Of a stretch of DNA of 58,281 nucleotides, positions 53,039 to 58,281 are shown in pieces. The notes beneath the pieces are model-generated. The model was not told the origin of the DNA. It made no database searches and saw nothing but the letters and a program-made list of their open reading frames with translations. The position numbers were made by a program, and so were the translations under genes. Source of the stretch: Catajapyx aquilonaris (taxonomy: Eukaryota); NCBI GenBank assembly GCA_000934665.2, contig KZ538619.1, forward strand, positions 1 through 58,281. The letters are read 5' to 3'. The number at the start of each line of letters is the position of its first letter. The stretch's first letter is position 1.

Positions 53039-56000
53039 ATGCAGGAATACAAAGTGAGGTCTTGACATGTAATAATAAACCATCTACAACATATAAATTC
53101 AGAAACAAATCTAAAAACGTGGAAAAAGCATAACTGTCCACAATTTTTCTATACCTGATTATAGTTGAGGTTACGTTCAAAATCAGGGAGCAGATGTGAG
53201 GATGACAGATGCTAATGGGATCCGTGAAAGGCTACTATTTATAAACTACCTACATAACGATATGGTCCTCCATCACCCGTTAGCATTATTGCACGAATGC
53301 AGGGCACCTATTGTAAATTACATAATAACTATAGTCTTCTCCCAGCCCACTGCTGGGTAACAGCTGTCGTCACACCTTGTCCTCTTTGATGTTTTGACGA
53401 CTCGTACAGTACACTCAAGGGATTGAAGTCACTAGTCATCCTATACGAGTTTTAAACTACTTCCAGTACCGGTACGACCTTTGCACGTTAGTTCCATGTC
53501 GGATAAATGTTCAGAACTAATGGCCTCTGCCACCAATTTTTTGTCCTTGATGGGGAACACCTCTTTTATGTTTGAACTCGAGTGCATTAACCGTGGTGCA
53601 TTATATACGTATACTATGGCTGATGGCCATATGGCCCCCTAAGTATAAATATCACATACCTGCAAGTCACGTTCTGTACATTATAAAATTTATAATCGTG
53701 CACGAATGTAACGCATCAGCCATATGCTAAGTTAATTGATTTGTTTTGCGCAAAAGATGTAGACTAATTATACGCGAGTTTATTGTCATAGCTGAATGGT
53801 TGATATCCAAAATGATGACAGCAGTGCCCACTGCCAAAGTGGCGAACTCCTATCGAGAAAGAGCGCCACTAATTGAGCAACATCACCATTGGTAAGAAAT
53901 AGATGCCCATGAAAATAACATGTGACCTTGGCACAGTCACCGATTGGTCGTTTGGAAATAAAAATAAGGACAACAAAGTAGAACGAGCAGAGTTGCCTGC
54001 TCTTAAGCATGGTGATAACAACATGTTGCGCCGGGTGAATTTATATCCCACTTGAATAAACAAAATAGGTTACTATATGCCCTCCTTGGTTTCTATTAAT
54101 GCCACTGCAGGTACAGTACCGTACGTAAGGAATTCCCAATACCACATTGTAATACGTAGGCTGTTGGACTACTAGACATTATCCACGATGGGTAATGCTA
54201 GTATTTAAAAAGATTTTACAATTGGCTAATCAATCTGCATGTGATTTTGGGATACCGAGACATAATCGGTTTTCTGCGCATTTACAACTAACGTCCATTC
54301 ACAATCTCATTCCGCACTCCTATTCAAGTAGTACACACATTGTCAACGTTACACATGCAGGCTCTGCAAAAGCAAATTAGAGTGAATTTCCGATTATGTG
54401 TACGTTTTTAGAATACATAATCAGCGATGTTCTCAATGTGCGTTAACACAGTTGACCATAAGTCGCTGACCCCCCGGCCTTGCGAATAAAATATGAACCC
54501 TAGTAGCCTTGGACACTATAATCATTTGTCAAATAGCTGGAGTGTCGTAGCCATGGTCGCAGCCCTTTCATCCTCCGCCATTGTGGGTCACGGAAAGACG
54601 ACCTTCAAAATGAAGATTTTGCACTCCATACACTCTAATGTCATCTGACATAATTATGTGAAAGTTATATTGTGATACTCCTCTTTTCCACACTACAAAA
54701 ATCGTGAGGAATGTGATTTCTTGCCATGTGATGCCATATTCAAATGAGGCAAAACACGAAATAATCTGGTAGGAATGGGTCGAGTTGGGATACGCCCTTC
54801 TTGCCCCGACCCACTCATTTTTTAATTCTTAAACAATGGTCCTCATTACGCACAATATCTGCATTTTCCTGAACCACAAGAGGTTTGCATCACATTTCTC
54901 AGTATCAGTCAGCTATCCCGCACGTGCCATGCACCGATCCGATAGCAGTATTAGCTATAGCACGTTGAATTTGGGAAGCAGCCAGGTAATGTCTCCAAAG
55001 TTTTCAGGTGGCTACATATCACGCACTTGCTCAAAAAAAAAATTGCCGACACGTAGCAGCATTTGGGACTGGTCCATTTCCAAATGGTCTCTTTTAATTT
55101 ACTAATGTTTACACAAAATATTCTCAGAAATAGCTTATTACTCGGCCCATTTGCGTGGTCAGCCCTAATCAAAACCCTTGATTTTCCGCTGTTGTTACAC
55201 GTTAGGGAAGTTAGGCGGACGCAACTACATTCCGGACCGGCGACGTTGGTGAAACGGGACTCTGAGCTATTGGCAGAAATAGACAGAAATAGTCAGGAAG
55301 GATGGGGAAGCTAGGCTTCCGCAAGAAGTGAGCAGCACTATCTAACGGCAAGTCCAGGAACGTCTCAGGTCGGTGGCCAAGGCGCCGGCCGACGGACACA
55401 TTCTGCCAAAATGCTTACCATTGGCCACCCCATACTTTAAGACTCTTATTTTCCCTGCGCATTCTCATTTTAGACGTCATTTAACACTATGCATGTTCCA
55501 GCTCTTAGATGCGTGCTTGCCTGCATTTTACCAGGCCTACTTTTACTATCTTGGTTTATTTTAGCTGGAAGACTATGTCACTTCTAATTTCATTCCCGGA
55601 TCCGTTATTTTTACAAGAACCATATCGTATTGAAGGAAGGGTGAAGAAAATATGAGTGCAGTAGAGCACTATTTTTGTCATGTTTTGCAACGCTCCCACG
55701 TGATTATAATCAGCCAAAAGATCTTTCGACTGGTGAGACTTCCAAGTAGTTTTCAGCAGTAGGTTAACATTTGTAAGAATAACATGTAACGTGTCGAGAC
55801 AACAGCGACGGAGTTGCTAACGAGAGTAGAAACAAACACACTACCTTTTCTCACTTTATAGTTCTAGTGTGACTATACTCAAGCTATATACCCGACAAGA
55901 TCCAAAAACCAAAGTTATTTCTAACTCCGGAAACAAGCCCCTGGTGACGTATTTCTCCCTGAAGGACATTGAGCACATCGTCATGCCTTGTACCCTAAAA

Positions 56001-56201
56001 TCACAATTTCGCATGCACACAGGTCACTCCATTCATAAAAGTGACACTGCGACACTGTCAGCAAAATTACATGCAGCAGATAAAGGCTGCAATTGATGCA
56101 TACAGGATTTTGGCACAAACCTGACCAATTTCCCAGTCTTTTTTTTTTAATGATCCCAAATGTTAGCCACAACCCATCCAGATATCAATCAGTAAGTCTA
56201 C

Positions 56202-56306
56202 CTCCTGCTCAATCTTGTACGTCGTCTTCCGGATGATTTTCCTCCGGATTTCTCCTTCCACATCACCATCGTGGATTTCCTCTCGGGTTTCCTCAGTAGT
56301 CTCCAT
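56202..56306 (-). CDS. Tmod: Probable first coding exon of a long tropomodulin isoform (METTEETREE..TTYKIEQE)
   Basis: ATG-initiated 35-codon Glu/Thr-rich exon with a phase-0 donor GAG|GTAGAC compatible with the exon at 35526; upstream sequence is GA/CpG-rich and promoter-like. Confidence 0.55.
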
Positions 56307-56929
56307 GACGGTCAGTCTGATCAAGTCAGTCAAGTCTGTCCAGTGTCTGTCGGTCACTCACTGCTTATGGGTCGCCGGAGTATCGCAGGCTCTTTTCTTG
56401 CTGCCTGCCCGCCTTCTTTCCACCCTTCGTTTGCTTGCTCCTTCGCCCCCTCTCCCTCTCTCACCTACCTTGCTCGTTCTCTCGCTCGGCCGCCCTCAAG
56501 CGCTTTGGCATCGGCCCCACTTGGAAAGGCCACGGGAACGCCAACGAATACGTGGCTAATTTTGGACACTACACATACAATGCCCCATTCAAATGGTGGA
56601 CGTCGCACCACTCGATGGATGGATGCATGATGCCCTTCGTGACTTTTAATGCGGAAAGTGTGACTGAAACATGTTATGTTCGATGAATGTTCTGAAAGTG
56701 ACAGCCTTTATCTGGGAGCTTATGGACAAATAGAAAAAATAAATTTTTGTTCTGAAATAAGCATTGTACAATATTAAAATAGGAAGAAATCATTAAAAAC
56801 ATAATAAAATGACAGAAATTTGTAGCTACTTATTGGGACCCACCACCGATGTAATTAATTGAACATGCTGAATATTCCTGTCATGTGAAATATTTTGCTT
56901 TTACTATTTAATACATATTTCACAACGTA

Positions 56930-57665
56930 TGTTCCCGATGCAAATCAATACGGAGGCCTCGACGCGACGATCGACAACTCGCAGGGCCAGATCCGCACGT
57001 TAGCATTGCCCTGGATGAACCTGTCTTCTCACAATCATGGCCAGCTGCATGTGGCACTGTCCCAGTCTTGCAACCCAAGTCAGGTCAAAGTGTTCACTAC
57101 ACCTATATACTGCTCAACACGGAATATTGCTCTCCAATAACAGAGTGTTTACACACAATGTTGTATATCGCGAAGTTTTATGAAAACTTTTCTCATGTCC
57201 GATTCAGGACGTGACTGTGCAGTATGTCCATTGATTCATTGCCACTCAATTTTTCAACCCCGTATTACGACCAACTATACGCGAGCCCTCCCATTCAATT
57301 TTTTCATTACCAATGTCTTCCTCATTGCAGGTCTGTTGCAGGTTTTGCCAAATTTTGGCTACGGGTGCGCTAGTCTCCCAGAACCAGTTCCAAATCGAAC
57401 GCCGGTTCTTTTCATCAATTCTCAACGGTTTATTCGGCCATGGTTTGATCTTATTCCATTTTTATCCTAGACACGGTGGCACGGTCCAACTACGGCCTCG
57501 GGGCAGGCCCAGGGTTCGAGCTGGTGCTTTAAATACCGACCGGTTTTAGGCTGTAAGACTGGGGGCAACATTCATTAAGGCTAAAGTCACAGCATGTTGC
57601 AGTAATATGAGTTACGCCAATGGAAAAGTATTTTATAACCCCGGCAACGCCGGGTATCCTGCTAG
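56930..57665 (+). mobile_element. Helitron 3' part (PIF1-type helicase relic plus 3' terminus)
   Basis: Relic motifs ATIDNSQGQ, DEPVF..HGQLHVALS and NVVYREVL*; terminal hairpin cccggc-aac-gccggg followed by CTAG|T at 57665. 5' end not located. Confidence 0.8.
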
Positions 57666-57967
57666 TGAAGAATTTTCTTGTTGTGGAAGCTGATTTGATA
57701 GGCCACATATGCGTTTGTTGCATGCATGGAGGCAGATTGACCAGAATGTGGTTTCCAGATCGCAAAAGACACCAATGGCATTGAAGCATTTTATAATGAA
57801 TATTCGAGAGGATATAGCAACCGAAAAATTCATAGGTACTTAGGTAGACATCAAAATATCGGGCTTTAAAATAATTTCACAAAATTAATATGGTTGAGTT
57901 AAACGGAATGTTTTTATTGTAGTCAAAAATGTTTTGCATATTTTTATTTCTTATTTGTTGTAATTAA

Positions 57968-58281
57968 GGGCGCCGGATACCTAATATAAGTGATTTTTTA
58001 GAATCGCGTTCCAAGTTTGGCCGAGTCACGGGTGCAGCGTTCTCTTCGCACCGCCGATGCGGGGGTCTCGCTGGAGGTATGGATCTGAAATTTTCACAGA
58101 ATGGCGAGGAACGGACAATTGAGCCCCCGACGGAGTTTCGATCTATTAGAATAATAATTGCGAGATCTACAAGGGTCAAGGGGTTATAGGTGGTATCGGC
58201 GTGACGTCACCGGCTCTTGGTATGACGTCACCAGCGGGCGGCGGCCATATTGTAGAAATAAGAGTGTTACCTGCCCATTGC
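57968..58281. mobile_element. Possible Kolobok-like element left end, truncated by the window edge
   Basis: Abrupt CpG-rich block starting TTAA|GGG with repeated tgacgtca motifs; other end not visible. Confidence 0.3.

Overview
Eukaryotic, probably arthropod, genomic DNA: AT-rich, with GT-AG introns and many transposons. Two kinds of spliced protein-coding locus lie on the minus strand. (1) A tandem pair of divergent cytoplasmic poly(A)-binding protein (PABPC) paralogs at about 0.4-2.0 kb and 8.2-13.2 kb. Each encodes only three RRMs, because the third is a hybrid of the RRM3 N-half and RRM4 C-half, and copy 2 ends without an intact MLLE/PABC domain (copy 1's 3' end may run off the window). 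(2) A tropomodulin gene: seven clear internal exons at 27.9-35.5 kb, a probable first coding exon at 56.2-56.3 kb and three candidate alternative terminal exons. The rest is mostly transposon-derived: a decayed non-LTR RT, an RTE LINE with a twin-priming-type 5' inversion, tRNA-derived SINEs, a Buster-type hAT relic, a Helitron 3' end and several MITEs (piggyBac-like, Kolobok-like, Tc1/mariner-like, unclassified). There is also an intact tRNA-like cloverleaf with an 8-nt anticodon loop and one assembly gap. All calls are by eye; no searches were run.
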